Below, piece after piece: positions 19,996-30,952 of a stretch of DNA of 64,000 nucleotides. Location of the stretch: the NCBI GenBank assembly GCA_963754875.1, contig CAVWHO010000017.1, positions 128,001 to 192,000 on the forward strand, read 5' to 3'. Position 1 is the first letter of the stretch. Each line of letters starts with the position of its first letter. The stretch comes from Nitrospirota bacterium (GTDB taxonomy: Bacteria; Nitrospirota; UBA9217). The notes under the pieces were generated by a model. That model saw nothing but the letters and a program-made list of their open reading frames with translations, made no database searches and had not been told where the DNA came from. The position numbers and the translations under genes are program-made.

Positions 19996-22691
19996 ATGAA
20001 CCTGAACCAGGAAATGTTGTCAGTAATCCTGCCGCATGGAGCTATACGGCTGGAATGGGCAGAGGCCCAGGAAGAAGTCAGTAAGGACCAGGAACTTCTC
20101 CAGCGGGAAATATTTCGGCGATTTGCCGACCATCCCGATGGCGCATTTCTTTTTCTCGGATTCTCCAATAAATCAGTTCCCCTTTCTCCTTCCCTCGATT
20201 ATTGGCGCAACGTATGCGGACTCTTCGCCAGGAAACTCGCTCACACTCCAAATCTGGAAATCCTTCGTCATAAGGCCATCGTCGAAATCAGCGAAGAAGA
20301 ATTAAACCATGTCCTTGCATCAGCGCCGCTGATGACTGGCGCTGAGTATTTGACCAGGGTCGTTATCGATGATCTTTGGCAGCGGCTTCATGACGAATTC
20401 AGCAAGGAGATCCAAAAGACAAAAGAGAGCGTCGAGGAGTTTATCCGGGCATACAGTCCCGATATCCATCTCATCGGCCGGGTGTTTTTCCACCTCGTGG
20501 AGAGCAAAAAAGATGATTACCCTTTTGCGTTTCTGGCTACGTATTCACCGGGACTGAACAGACAGGGCAAATCGCAGCATCTTCCCCTGAGACAAGCCCT
20601 GCAGGAATACGACAGGGACGGGAAAAAGCTTCTTGACCTCCTCGTGACGGTGCATCGAGCTGCCAAAGAAAGCGCCCTGGTGGCCCAGCTGCTTGAGAGC
20701 GGCGAACTGTTCCATCCGCTCGCCTGGACGGCTAAGGAAGCATACACCTTCCTCCGGGAGATTCCGATCTACGAACAAGCGGGAATATTGTGCCGCATTC
20801 CCGACTGGTGGAAGCGCGGCGCATCAAGTTTACAGGTCAATATATCCCTGGGAGGCCGCCAACCCTCAACGGTAGGCATGGATGCCCTGCTCAGTTTTGA
20901 CATAGACCTGCATCTTGAGGGTGAGCAGATATCCTATGAAGAGGCCAAACGGCTCATTGATGCGTCCGAAGGGCTTGCCTTGATCAAAAACCGTTGGATC
21001 GCCGTGGACCATGAAAAGCTGCGCCAGACCCTCGAAGCCTACGAAAAGCGCAAGCTCCCTCGCCAGTAGTGGAGGGTTGAGCTTTCGCGAGGCATTGCGG
21101 TTCGAACTGAATCCGAAGAGCTTTCTGGACCTTCCCGATAATGATTCAAGCGTGGTCATCACAAACGGACAATGGATGGAGTCGGTCATGGCGCGCATGC
21201 TCCACCCCGAAGCCATAGCGCCCGTACAGATGGAAACATCCTTCAAGGCGAAATTGCGGCCTTATCAGCAGAGAGGAGTAGCCTGGCTTTCGTTCCTCCA
21301 TTCCCTCAGATTCGGCATGTGCCTTGCCGATGACATGGGACTCGGTAAGACCGTGCAGGTTTTGGCGATGCTGCGAGAGTTTGAAATCGAATGGCGAAAA
21401 AGGGGCCAGCCTGCTTGTGGTTCCTGCATCTTTGCTCTCTAACTGGGCTGCTGAGATCGGGAAATTCACTCCTGAACTGTCATTCGCCATTGCTCATCCC
21501 TCCGGAAAGGATGAGACGGGCGAGATGCCGAAAGAAAGGAAAGAGATAGACAGGCTTGATCTCGTGATCACGACGTATTCGCTGGTGCAGAGATACGAAT
21601 TGCTGCAAACATACGAGTGGAAGTATGTGATCCTCGATGAGGCTCAGGCTATCAAAAATCCCGGGACGAAGCAAACGAAAGCGGTAAAAAAACTAATAGC
21701 AATAAACAGGATCGTCATGACCGGGACCCCGGTCGAAAACCGGCTGTCTGACCTCTGGTCGATCTTTGATTTCATCAACCCCGGACTCCTCGGCAGCAGC
21801 CAGGAGTTCAGTCGATTTGCCAAGAACTTGAATAAGGACCCCGAAGGATATGCACGTCTCAGGAAAGTCATCGGTCCCTATATCCTCCGGAGGCTAAAGA
21901 CCGATAAATCTGTTATTTCCGACTTGCCGGAAAAGGTCGAGATGAAGACCTGGTCGTACCTCGGGAAAAAACAGGCCGTCTTGTATCAGAAACTGGTCGA
22001 CGACCTTCGCAGGTCCGTTGAAAATGTCGAGGGAATTCAGCGGAAAGGAATTATTCTGAGTTCACTTATGAAATTCAAGCAGATATGCAATCATCCGGAC
22101 CAATACCTTGGGACTGGTTCCTTTGACGAAAAAGAAAGCGGCAAGTTCGGTCGACTGCGGGAAATCTGCGAGACCATCTATGAAAAGCGGGAACGGGTTC
22201 TCGTTTTCACCCAGTTCCGGGAGATGACTGAACCGCTCGCCGGCTTCTTGAGCACGTTGTTCGGTCATCAGGGCTTGGTATTGCACGGCGGTACGCCTGT
22301 AGGCAAGAGAAAGGAAATCGTGGCTCGTTTTCAGGACGAAGAATATGTTCCCTTCATGGTCCTGTCGCTAAAAGCCGGCGGTGTTGGACTCAATCTGACC
22401 GCCGCAAATCATGTCGTTCATTTCGACCGCTGGTGGAACCCGGCCGTCGAGAACCAGGCCACGGACCGGGCTTTCCGAATCGGCCAGAAGAAGAACGTGG
22501 TCGTGCACAAGTTTATTACTAAGGGTACGGTCGAGGAAAAGATAGACCAAATGATCGAGGGAAAGTTGAAACTGTCTAACGATGTGGTTCAGGCCGGCAG
22601 CGAGGCATGGATCACGGAAATGGACAATGACGAGCTGATGAGATATGTTTACGTTGACGCTGTGATGATAATGAGAAAGGGATTGCAATGA
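19996..22691 (+). pseudogene. SNF2-family helicase with two single-base frameshifts (about 21049 and 21374)
   Basis: [47 protein letters not shown] spread over three frames. Confidence 0.9.
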
Positions 22692-23542
22692 GCTGGAGTT
22701 TTCCTCGATATGTGGCTAAAGCCGAGAAACAGGCACGGGCGGCAAAAAAACTTGAACAGCTGAAGAAAAAGCGGGACGTGAGGCCGGTTATTATTCAGGG
22801 CAGCGCTATTGCGCGCACCTGGTGGGGCAAATCCTGGAACCGAAACCTGGAGCAGTATGCGGACTACAGCAACCGTATTGGAAGGGGACGCAGTTATGTA
22901 CGCCACGGCGCCGTTCTGGACCTTCAGATTAACGCCGGCGAGATCAAGGCGCTCGTGCAAGGTTCGAGGTCCAAGCCCTATGAGATACTTATTAAGATCG
23001 GGAAACTCGGCAAAAATACCTGGCAGCAGATATCGTCATCCTGTTCCGGGATGCTCGACTCCGTATCGGAACTTCTTTCGGGAAATTTTCCAAAAGAGCT
23101 CGGTGAATTGTTTCTGCAGCGCGATGCAGGCCTTTTCCCGTCGCCAAAGGAAATTGCCTTCGAGTGTTCCTGCCCTGACTGGGCGAGCATGTGCAAACAT
23201 GTGGCGGCAACGCTGTATGGTGTCGGCGCGCGGCTCGATGAAGACGCCACGCTCTTTTTCACGCTTCGCGGCGTTGATATGACCGATCTCATAACCCGGA
23301 CCGCTTCAGCCAAGGCTGAGAGCATGCTCGAAAAGGCAGCGAAGAAAAGTTCTCGGATTATCGATGATACGGACCTGTCCGCGCTTTTTGGCATAGAGCT
23401 GACAAATATTGATAAACCGGCGACTATGGCTGTCGATGTAAGGCCTGTGAAAAAAACAGTGCGCGTGAAAGCTGCAAAAAGCATGGTGAAAGCAAAGAGG
23501 AATATCTCCGAAGAGAAAGAAAAGAAAGGCATCAGACAGTAA
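22688..23542 (+). CDS. SWIM zinc-finger protein
   Basis: RIGRGRSY, CSCPDW..CKH; ATGA overlap with the helicase. Confidence 0.9.
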   Translation: MSWSFPRYVAKAEKQARAAKKLEQLKKKRDVRPVIIQGSAIARTWWGKSWNRNLEQYADYSNRIGRGRSYVRHGAVLDLQINAGEIKALVQGSRSKPYEILIKIGKLGKNTWQQISSSCSGMLDSVSELLSGNFPKELGELFLQRDAGLFPSPKEIAFECSCPDWASMCKHVAATLYGVGARLDEDATLFFTLRGVDMTDLITRTASAKAESMLEKAAKKSSRIIDDTDLSALFGIELTNIDKPATMAVDVRPVKKTVRVKAAKSMVKAKRNISEEKEKKGIRQ

Positions 23543-23911
23543 AAAGAAATCGATTTCGTCGACAAAATCAGTGAATAAAAAACATGTTGTGCAGAATGTG
23601 AAAAAAAGAAAGCGAGTTCGCTGATTAGATCAGAAAGCTAAAATGGTGTTAAATGGCTATGAGGCCGTCATCATGCTCTATAATATATCGATTAAAGGGA
23701 GTTTTTCCGATATCACAATATACCTCTAAGAAGGAATTTCATTCTCGTCTGGATACAGAGATATCCGAGAAGAATCTTTGTGAAGGTGCTGAAGAATCAT
23801 CGAGGTGGATGTAATAATGGAGGCAAAACGGATAAGTGAGATAAAACCGTATTTGCCGTGACTTGTAGCCACATATTAGTATAATGTATATACATGCGGA
23901 AAGGAGGAGCT

Positions 23912-24109
23912 ATGCCAACTGCAACAAAAAAGACCGCAAAGCATTTTAGGCTGGATGAAACGCTGATTAAGAGTGCCCAGAAGATACTCGGTTCCAAGAC
24001 TGAGACCGAAGCAATCGAAACAGCGCTCGCCGAGATTATCTACCAGGAGAAGATCAGGAAGTTTATTGAACAGACCGCCGGAAAGTTCAAGTTCGAGGGA
24101 CTTAATTGA
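23912..24109 (+). CDS. VapB-like antitoxin
   Basis: RHH-like FRLDETLI..AQKILG.KT.TE.IE.AL; overlaps the PIN gene. Confidence 0.7.
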   Translation: MPTATKKTAKHFRLDETLIKSAQKILGSKTETEAIETALAEIIYQEKIRKFIEQTAGKFKFEGLN

Positions 24110-24504
24110 AATCGAAGGCTGTTCCTGATACTTCCTTCCTCATTGAGCATTTCAGAAGGGGAACTGTTCAAAAAGCTTTTCTGAATCTCACGCGCTACTA
24201 TCATGTCTCTTTCAGTTCTGTTGTGCTCATGGAGCTGCTCGCCGGTGCCTTCGATCCAAAGGAACAGAAGCTTATTGACCAGATAGCGCGAAATTTTACG
24301 GTCATATCAGTTACCGAGCGTGCATGGTTTGCTTGCGGCGAGATCATGATGAAACTGCGAAGGGATAAAAAGATCGACAGGCAGAGGATAAAGGGGCTCC
24401 TGGCGGACATCCTGATCGCGGTATCGGTCCGGGACACAGGAGCGGTTCTCATCACGAAGAACGAAAAGGACTTCAAACTTATTCGCGGAGTGTACAATTT
24501 TTAA
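24106..24504 (+). CDS. vapC: PIN-domain (VapC) toxin
   Basis: DTS, ELL, DILIA, T.N.KDF. Confidence 0.85.
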   Translation: MKSKAVPDTSFLIEHFRRGTVQKAFLNLTRYYHVSFSSVVLMELLAGAFDPKEQKLIDQIARNFTVISVTERAWFACGEIMMKLRRDKKIDRQRIKGLLADILIAVSVRDTGAVLITKNEKDFKLIRGVYNF

Positions 24505-24729
24505 TATGTCGTGATTGATTGATATTGACAGTGTTTTTTCCTGTTCCGTTACTTTCCTGTTAAATAAAAGTACATTTTTGTGAGTTCTAAGCCCTTGATT
24601 TGCCGGGTCGGGGAAGGGGGGGGCCGCTTTGCGGTGGCACACCAGAAGGACATTATGATTCGCTGTACAGTACCCATTGTTAATAAGAAAACACTTGACG
24701 TTTAACGCGCGGCGTTATACTATGATCGC

Positions 24730-25011
24730 GTGATCAAGTCATTCAGGGACGGCGAAGCCGAGAAGATATATTCTCGTGAACGGTCACAGAAATTGCCGTC
24801 CGATATTCAGCAGGTTGCCTTAAGAAAGTTGCGCATGATAAACAACGCGAAGAATTTCAACGACCTTCGCATTCCTCCAGCAAACAGGCCAGAAAAACTG
24901 TCCGGCAATCGGGCAGGGCAGTACAGCATTCGCATAAATGACCAATGGCGCGTTTGCTTCGCATGGAAAGACGGCGACGCGGCAGACGTTGAGATCACTG
25001 ATTATCATTGA
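24730..25011 (+). CDS. higB: HigB (RelE/ParE family) toxin
   Basis: MIKSF..ALRKL..PPANR.EKL.G.R.GQYSIRINDQWR. Confidence 0.92.
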   Translation: MIKSFRDGEAEKIYSRERSQKLPSDIQQVALRKLRMINNAKNFNDLRIPPANRPEKLSGNRAGQYSIRINDQWRVCFAWKDGDAADVEITDYH

Positions 25012-25023
25012 GAGTAAATTAGA

Positions 25024-25329
25024 ATGAAGAAAAAAGCATTGCATCCTGTCCACCCCGGCGAGGTTCTTCTTGAGGAGTTTCTTAATCCCTTGGGTTTGAG
25101 CCAAAATAAGCTTGCTGTGAATATTGGCGTTCCAGCGCGAAGAATCAACGAAATCGTTCTTGAAAAAAGAAAAGTTACCGCCGATACCGCGCTTAGGCTT
25201 GGGCGGTTTTTTAGTACGTCTTCAGAGTTCTGGCTTGGGCTTCAGTCGCAGTACGACCTTGATTTAGCCGCCGATGCTCTCGGAGACCGTCTCAAGAAGG
25301 AAGTTAAGGAATACTCAAAGGTAGCGTGA
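25024..25329 (+). CDS. higA: HigA antitoxin
   Basis: HPGEVLLEEFL, RRINEIV, FWLGLQ. Confidence 0.92.
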   Translation: MKKKALHPVHPGEVLLEEFLNPLGLSQNKLAVNIGVPARRINEIVLEKRKVTADTALRLGRFFSTSSEFWLGLQSQYDLDLAADALGDRLKKEVKEYSKVA

Positions 25330-26221
25330 AAATCAGAAACCGTTTGAACAAACCGTTTGAACAAAATGCTCTAACGCATTGTTTGTACTTTCCTGAAGAT
25401 ATAGTTCCTACCTTTTTTGCCCCTGAACTCATATCATGAAGCGGCTCTACCCGCATCGATATTTTCCAACAGCTCTCATTACTGTCCTGTTTGTGCCCTG
25501 CAAAACAATAATGCATTTATGGATGCTCTAAGTTCTTGATTTGGTGGGAGGAGGAGAAGGAAAAGGAATATTGGCCCCCCTTCGGGTGATTACTCTGAAG
25601 GCCATTTGGTGACAGTATTCACTTTTTTCGGTAAACTGTGTCTTTGAAGATAATTTTGGATTGTATTCTTTTTTTAATATCACATTAAAAAAACGCAACT
25701 ACTGACATTATCATGCACCTTGCCGCGCATTGTTGCATAGCAGATTATTAATTGAATCTTGTTGTTGCGCCTGTTCTTATTCCGTTATTTATTGCAATAC
25801 CCTAAAAATACCCATATCAAAAATTCCCCCCCGTGCTAATATAAAGAAAGAGCCATTCAAATTACTTTTTTCGTATCGTAATAACAGTACATATATAAAT
25901 ATGCGCATATCTTGTATTTTTACGGATTGATGAATATTCTTTCCTGACAAAGCCAAAACCGTTTGCGCGAGTTGGACGGACAGAGGCAAGTCGCAGAGAC
26001 GGGTACATCAGCGCGCTCGGCTTTGTGGTTTCTCCACGAGCAGCTGCTCTATCAAGCTTATGCACTCGTCAAAGTCTGCCTCGATCTCTTGGATATCGAA
26101 GGTTACAAGTTCTCTCCAATGTCATATATGATAGACACCAGACGTCTACGCACTAAGGGGCTTACAAAATCGGATCAAGGGATCCAAAAGTCAGCAAAAG
26201 CAGCAGCAGAGGAGTGTCTCC

Positions 26222-27331
26222 GTGCTCGATCCAGTTAAAGTGGCCATGGGAGATCCGTATTTTTTCAGGGATGCACCCGTGTCCATCTGGGTGGAAGATT
26301 TTTCAGAGGTGAGGTCCCATTATCAGTCTTTAAGGAAGCAGGGCGTCCGGGATATGAGGACGTACTTTGCGCAACATCCCGAAGAAATCGTTTTGCTCGC
26401 AGGGAAAGTGAAAATCATTGATGTAAACAACGCCACACTTCGTCTCTATCAGGCCCTCAGTAAAAAGGATTTTTTCAAGGGCTTGAAACAGATCTTCGGC
26501 AAGTCCTCTTATGAAACCTTCAAGGAAGGGCTTATCGCGCTGGCCGAAGGCAGAAGGGAGTTCGCGAGAGAGTGCGTGAACCTCACGATGAAAAAAGAGG
26601 GGCTCAACGTTTTTCTGCAATGGTTTGTTCCCGCCGATTACGAGAATACCTGGTCCCGCGTCATTGTCTACGTCAGCGACATCACCGCTCTCAAGACAAG
26701 AGAGACCGAACTTCTGTACTCAGAGGAGAAGTATCGCAGGCTCTTTGAGTCCATCAATGAGGCCGTCTTCCTTGCCGACGTGGAGACCGGACTCGTTCTC
26801 GCGGTGAATAAGCGGGGCGGAGAGATTATCGGACTTCCATGCGACGATATCATCGGGATGCACTTTTCCCAGCTCCATCCTGCTGATCAAGCAGACTTCC
26901 ACATGGCGATGTTTAAGAAACACGTTCAGGGGGACGTGACCATATCCGATTGTGTTGAGGTCTATCGAGCAGACGGTGAAAGAATTCCAGTGTCGATAAT
27001 CTCAAGTCCTCTGACAATAGGGGGGAAGAAATGCATTTCAGCTATATTCAGACAACAGCCTCAAAAAGATCTGACACCCGCCGCATCAGCAACGACCACT
27101 GCTTATACCGCGATGCTGTCGCCACGTGAATGTGAAATCGTAAGATCGATTGCAGCAGGACTGAACAACCATCAGATGAGTAAAAAACATACTATCAGCG
27201 AGACAACGGTGAAGACCCACCGGACGAGGATCATGCAAAAACTGAAGCTGCATAAGACTGCAGAACTCGTACTGTTCGCAATAAAGTCAGGTCTGCTTGA
27301 CGAAAAAATAATCCTCCAAAAAGTTCAGTGA
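26222..27331 (+). CDS. PAS-domain LuxR-family transcriptional regulator
   Basis: Two PAS-like domains; LSPRE..TVKTHRTRIMQKL. Confidence 0.88.
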   Translation: MLDPVKVAMGDPYFFRDAPVSIWVEDFSEVRSHYQSLRKQGVRDMRTYFAQHPEEIVLLAGKVKIIDVNNATLRLYQALSKKDFFKGLKQIFGKSSYETFKEGLIALAEGRREFARECVNLTMKKEGLNVFLQWFVPADYENTWSRVIVYVSDITALKTRETELLYSEEKYRRLFESINEAVFLADVETGLVLAVNKRGGEIIGLPCDDIIGMHFSQLHPADQADFHMAMFKKHVQGDVTISDCVEVYRADGERIPVSIISSPLTIGGKKCISAIFRQQPQKDLTPAASATTTAYTAMLSPRECEIVRSIAAGLNNHQMSKKHTISETTVKTHRTRIMQKLKLHKTAELVLFAIKSGLLDEKIILQKVQ

Positions 27332-27739
27332 ACCCTGCCTCTCTTATATCATGAAACATCACTTCAGCAGCCATCAAAGCACGCACGCCCTACACCTTTA
27401 ACCCGACAAAATCGGGTATAAGGTCTACAGGTATTTACTCCAAAAGGTCGATTGACAATGATCTATTTCTTAGCTAGCTTTAAAAAACAGTTTTTTGGAT
27501 AACTCTCTCAATTCGTAAAAACATAAAATATCAGAATGCAAGCATATCGTGCATTCTATCTCTTTTGATACGGGCTTCCCGCTTATTTGGCGGAACAGCT
27601 CATAGCGTGTTCGCTTATGCTCATGTAAGTGAGTAGGCGGAGCGATGCTTGGAACGTTTACGAATCGATTATATTTCAGTCAGGGCTGATGTTCTCGATT
27701 TTACGTGCTTCATTAAGATTTTTATCGTCTCGCAAAAAT

Positions 27740-28474
27740 ATGATTAATAAATTAATGAATAAGAATTATAACGCGATACTCATCTTTCTGTTAAGCTTGT
27801 TTCTGACTGCCTGCGCCGCTTCCGTGAGAAATCCACCAAGCGCTGCATCCCCGTTAGAGCAAGAATTTTCTTCGCTTCAAACACCGGAGTACCAGGTCAG
27901 GGCGGGAGACCAGCTTGACATCAAATTCTTCTACAATCCCGAACTGAACGAACAGGTCCTTGTTCGACCCGACGGCCGTATCTCCCTTCAGCTGGCGCAC
28001 GAAATTATCGCAGCAGGACTCACTCCCGCCGAGTTGACAAGTGTGCTCACCAAGAAATATGCTGCAGAACTTGATACCCCTGAGATCACGGTAATCGTCC
28101 GAGCCTTCGGCGGACAGCGGGTTTATGTCGACGGAGAGGTGAACAAACCGGGCATCATCAACCTGAGTACCCCGATGACCGTTGTGCAATCGCTTGCCGA
28201 GGCCGGCGGTGTCAAGGACACGGCGAAAACGAGTGAGCTTGTGATCATACGGCGCGGTCCGGATAGCAAGCCAATCGCGCTTGTGATGAACATGGAAAAA
28301 GTTGTCGATGGCACGGATATGGGCCGTGACCTTTATCTCATGCCGAATGACATTGTTTATGTGCCTAGATCCCGGATCGCTAACGTGAATCTGTGGATGG
28401 ATCAATACATACGGAAGAACATTCCGATATCAATTGGCGCCGGCTATTACTATAATTACACCCCCCACCCATAA
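27740..28474 (+). CDS. wza: Polysaccharide export lipoprotein (Wza/GumB-like)
   Basis: LTAC lipobox, VRPDGRISL, SLBB domain; start approximate. Confidence 0.88.
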   Translation: MINKLMNKNYNAILIFLLSLFLTACAASVRNPPSAASPLEQEFSSLQTPEYQVRAGDQLDIKFFYNPELNEQVLVRPDGRISLQLAHEIIAAGLTPAELTSVLTKKYAAELDTPEITVIVRAFGGQRVYVDGEVNKPGIINLSTPMTVVQSLAEAGGVKDTAKTSELVIIRRGPDSKPIALVMNMEKVVDGTDMGRDLYLMPNDIVYVPRSRIANVNLWMDQYIRKNIPISIGAGYYYNYTPHP

Positions 28475-28490
28475 TATATTGGATAAATTT

Positions 28491-29960
28491 ATGATAAACC
28501 AAAAGCAAGATACTGGCAGTTTAAGAGACTTTCTCACTGTCCTATTTAAGCATCAAACAAGGATGCTCACCATCTTATTCGCAACGGTCGCAACAGTCAC
28601 GATCGCTTCTTTCCTCATGTCGCCTCAGTATGAAGCCAAATCAAGCATTCTGGTAAATGTCGGCAGAGAATATATCTACCGCCCCGACGCTGGCGGTCAG
28701 ATGATTTCGATCAACCAGGAAGAGGCCGTAAATTCCGAAATCAATATACTTCTGAGCCGGGACTTGATAGAAAGCGTCATTACTACCTTGCAAGTTAAGA
28801 ATCTCTATCCGGATTTGAGCAAAGAATCCTTCTCTTTGCTGCCAGCTACGGGGAATGGTATAAAGATGACCCCTTTACAAGCAGCCGTAATGAGATTTGA
28901 AAAAAAGCTAACCGCGGAAGTGGTTAGAAAATCGAGTGTTATCGAGGTCACTTTTCAGCATAAGGACCCGGAGATCGCGGCCAAGGCTCTCAATCTGCTC
29001 GTTGAATTGTACAAGGGAAAACACTTTCAAGTCCACACCGGTGCACAGTCCTCCTTCCTGGAACAACAACTATCCGATCACGAAATAAAACTGAAACAAT
29101 CGGAAACCAAGTTGGAACAATTCAAACAAAAAAATCGCGTTTATTCCCTTGAAGAACAGAGGAGCCTTCTGCTTAAACAGCGAATGGAGCTGGACACGGA
29201 TTTTAAAAACACTAACAACCGTATTGCGGAACTTCAAAAAAAGTTATCTTCTCTGGAATCACAAATGAAGGTAATTGCTAATGATAAAAGCCGATACACC
29301 CAGACCGAGCGGGACAAAATCATCATTGAAGCAAAATCAAAACTTCTCGATCTCCAGCTGAAAGAACAGGGGCTCCTGCAGAAATATAAAGAAAAGAACC
29401 GTTTGGTCGTGAATGTCCACAAGGAACTAGAACTCGTTAAGGATTTTCTCAAGCAGCAAGAGGTGGCTATCACCAGCAAGGTGAACACAGGAAACGCTGT
29501 CTACCAGGAAGCGGAGCGGTCGATTCTCCAAACAAAGGCAGACCTTGACTCTCTAGAGGCGAAAGACAGTGCGCTCAGACGCCAGCTGGCACAAGTCGAT
29601 GGAGAGATTCAATCCTTGGACCTCAATGAAAAAATGAACCAGGAATTGAAACGAGAAGTTGCGACTAATGACAAGAATTACAGAACGTATCTTGATAGAC
29701 TCGAAGAAGCCCGCATTTCGGATGATATGAATCTGCAACGGATGTCGAATGTCAGCATAATCCAGGCAGCCACAGTCTCCGCAAAACCGATCAAACCGAA
29801 GAAGGCGTTGAATATCCTGCTGGGAATCATCCTTGGTACAGTTTCGGGTTTTGGCTATGCATTTTTCTCGGAGTATTTATCTCAAGGACTCTCTACTCCT
29901 GAAAGCGTGGAAAAAAGACTGGGGTTGCCTGTTTTGACGACCATTTCTTATAAAAAATGA
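28491..29960 (+). CDS. Polysaccharide co-polymerase (GumC/Wzc N-terminal)
   Basis: Two TM segments flanking a coiled coil; PIKPKK; LGLPVL. Confidence 0.88.
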   Translation: MINQKQDTGSLRDFLTVLFKHQTRMLTILFATVATVTIASFLMSPQYEAKSSILVNVGREYIYRPDAGGQMISINQEEAVNSEINILLSRDLIESVITTLQVKNLYPDLSKESFSLLPATGNGIKMTPLQAAVMRFEKKLTAEVVRKSSVIEVTFQHKDPEIAAKALNLLVELYKGKHFQVHTGAQSSFLEQQLSDHEIKLKQSETKLEQFKQKNRVYSLEEQRSLLLKQRMELDTDFKNTNNRIAELQKKLSSLESQMKVIANDKSRYTQTERDKIIIEAKSKLLDLQLKEQGLLQKYKEKNRLVVNVHKELELVKDFLKQQEVAITSKVNTGNAVYQEAERSILQTKADLDSLEAKDSALRRQLAQVDGEIQSLDLNEKMNQELKREVATNDKNYRTYLDRLEEARISDDMNLQRMSNVSIIQAATVSAKPIKPKKALNILLGIILGTVSGFGYAFFSEYLSQGLSTPESVEKRLGLPVLTTISYKK

Positions 29961-30140
29961 GGGCTGACGGCCGCTCGTCAAAAGGAATGCAATGTACCTC
30001 GAAAGCCTGAGATATCTAGGGTCAGCTTTCATGGGAACTGCACAAATTGGTCATGAAAAAGGACTCCGGTACCAAAAGCATCTGGAGCCCGGCAGAGCAG
30101 AAAATAGTCTTTCCCCCCGCATTCCATCCACAGAGGACAC

Positions 30141-30887
30141 ATGGGTAAGATATACGAAGCACTGAAACAAGCACAAAAAGAAAAGCAAGTAACCCTGACA
30201 TCGTCTCTGGTCCCGGCACGACAGCAGTCTTTAAACGTGTCCGCGCCCGAATGGGAAGAGAGGGGACAGGAAAAAGCGCTGCACAGCCTCTACCAGCGTA
30301 TTGATTCCCATATTTCCCAGGCTCGGGGAAAAGTGGTTCAGTTCATAGGCTCGCGGGCAGGAGAAGGCACCTCGACGATTGCATGCATGTTCGGGAGAAT
30401 GACAGCGACTAATCTGAATAAATCGGTCTTGATCTTGGATGCCGACCAGCAGAATCCGAAACAACACATCTTATCGGGGATCACGCCCGAGTACGGCTGG
30501 GAGGATTTGCTGGAAAATGGTGGTGCCCTCGACAATGTTATTTATCAAGTGAATGAATCGAACCTCTATGTATGCCCCGTCTCTCCAAGCGCCGTCATAA
30601 CCCACCATGTTTTTGATTCGCCAACGATTGTGGACCTGTGGAACATGTTGAAAGAACACTTCGATCTCGTCATTGTGGATTCCCCTCCGGCTACAGCGTC
30701 GCCCGACGGGATCGCGATCTCACGGCATGTGGACGGCGTCGTCCTGGTTCTAGAGGCTGAAAAAACCCGCTTGCCGGTGGCGGTCAAGGCCAAGGAAACC
30801 ATCGAAAAGCACGGAGGGAAGCTCCTCGGCGTCGTCTTCAATAAGAGACGGTACTATATCCCCGATTTTATCTATCGCAGGTTGTAG
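30141..30887 (+). CDS. CpsD/CapB-family BY-kinase-like protein
   Basis: GEGTST (degenerate Walker A), DAD, IVDSPP, GVVFNK. Confidence 0.85.
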   Translation: MGKIYEALKQAQKEKQVTLTSSLVPARQQSLNVSAPEWEERGQEKALHSLYQRIDSHISQARGKVVQFIGSRAGEGTSTIACMFGRMTATNLNKSVLILDADQQNPKQHILSGITPEYGWEDLLENGGALDNVIYQVNESNLYVCPVSPSAVITHHVFDSPTIVDLWNMLKEHFDLVIVDSPPATASPDGIAISRHVDGVVLVLEAEKTRLPVAVKAKETIEKHGGKLLGVVFNKRRYYIPDFIYRRL

Positions 30888-30952
30888 AAGACTTTCCAGC
30901 CTGCAGGTTAACCAGCTGGCAGGCTTACACGCTAATCCGCTTACCTCTTAAT

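Noticed and set aside
23900..25400. Integron cassette array of TA genes
   Set aside because: No convincing attC (RYYYAAC...GTTRRRY) structures and no intI seen
25940..26030. c-di-GMP riboswitch upstream of the PAS-LuxR gene
   Set aside because: Only superficial similarity; conserved GEMM core not found by eye (an Rfam scan would settle it)
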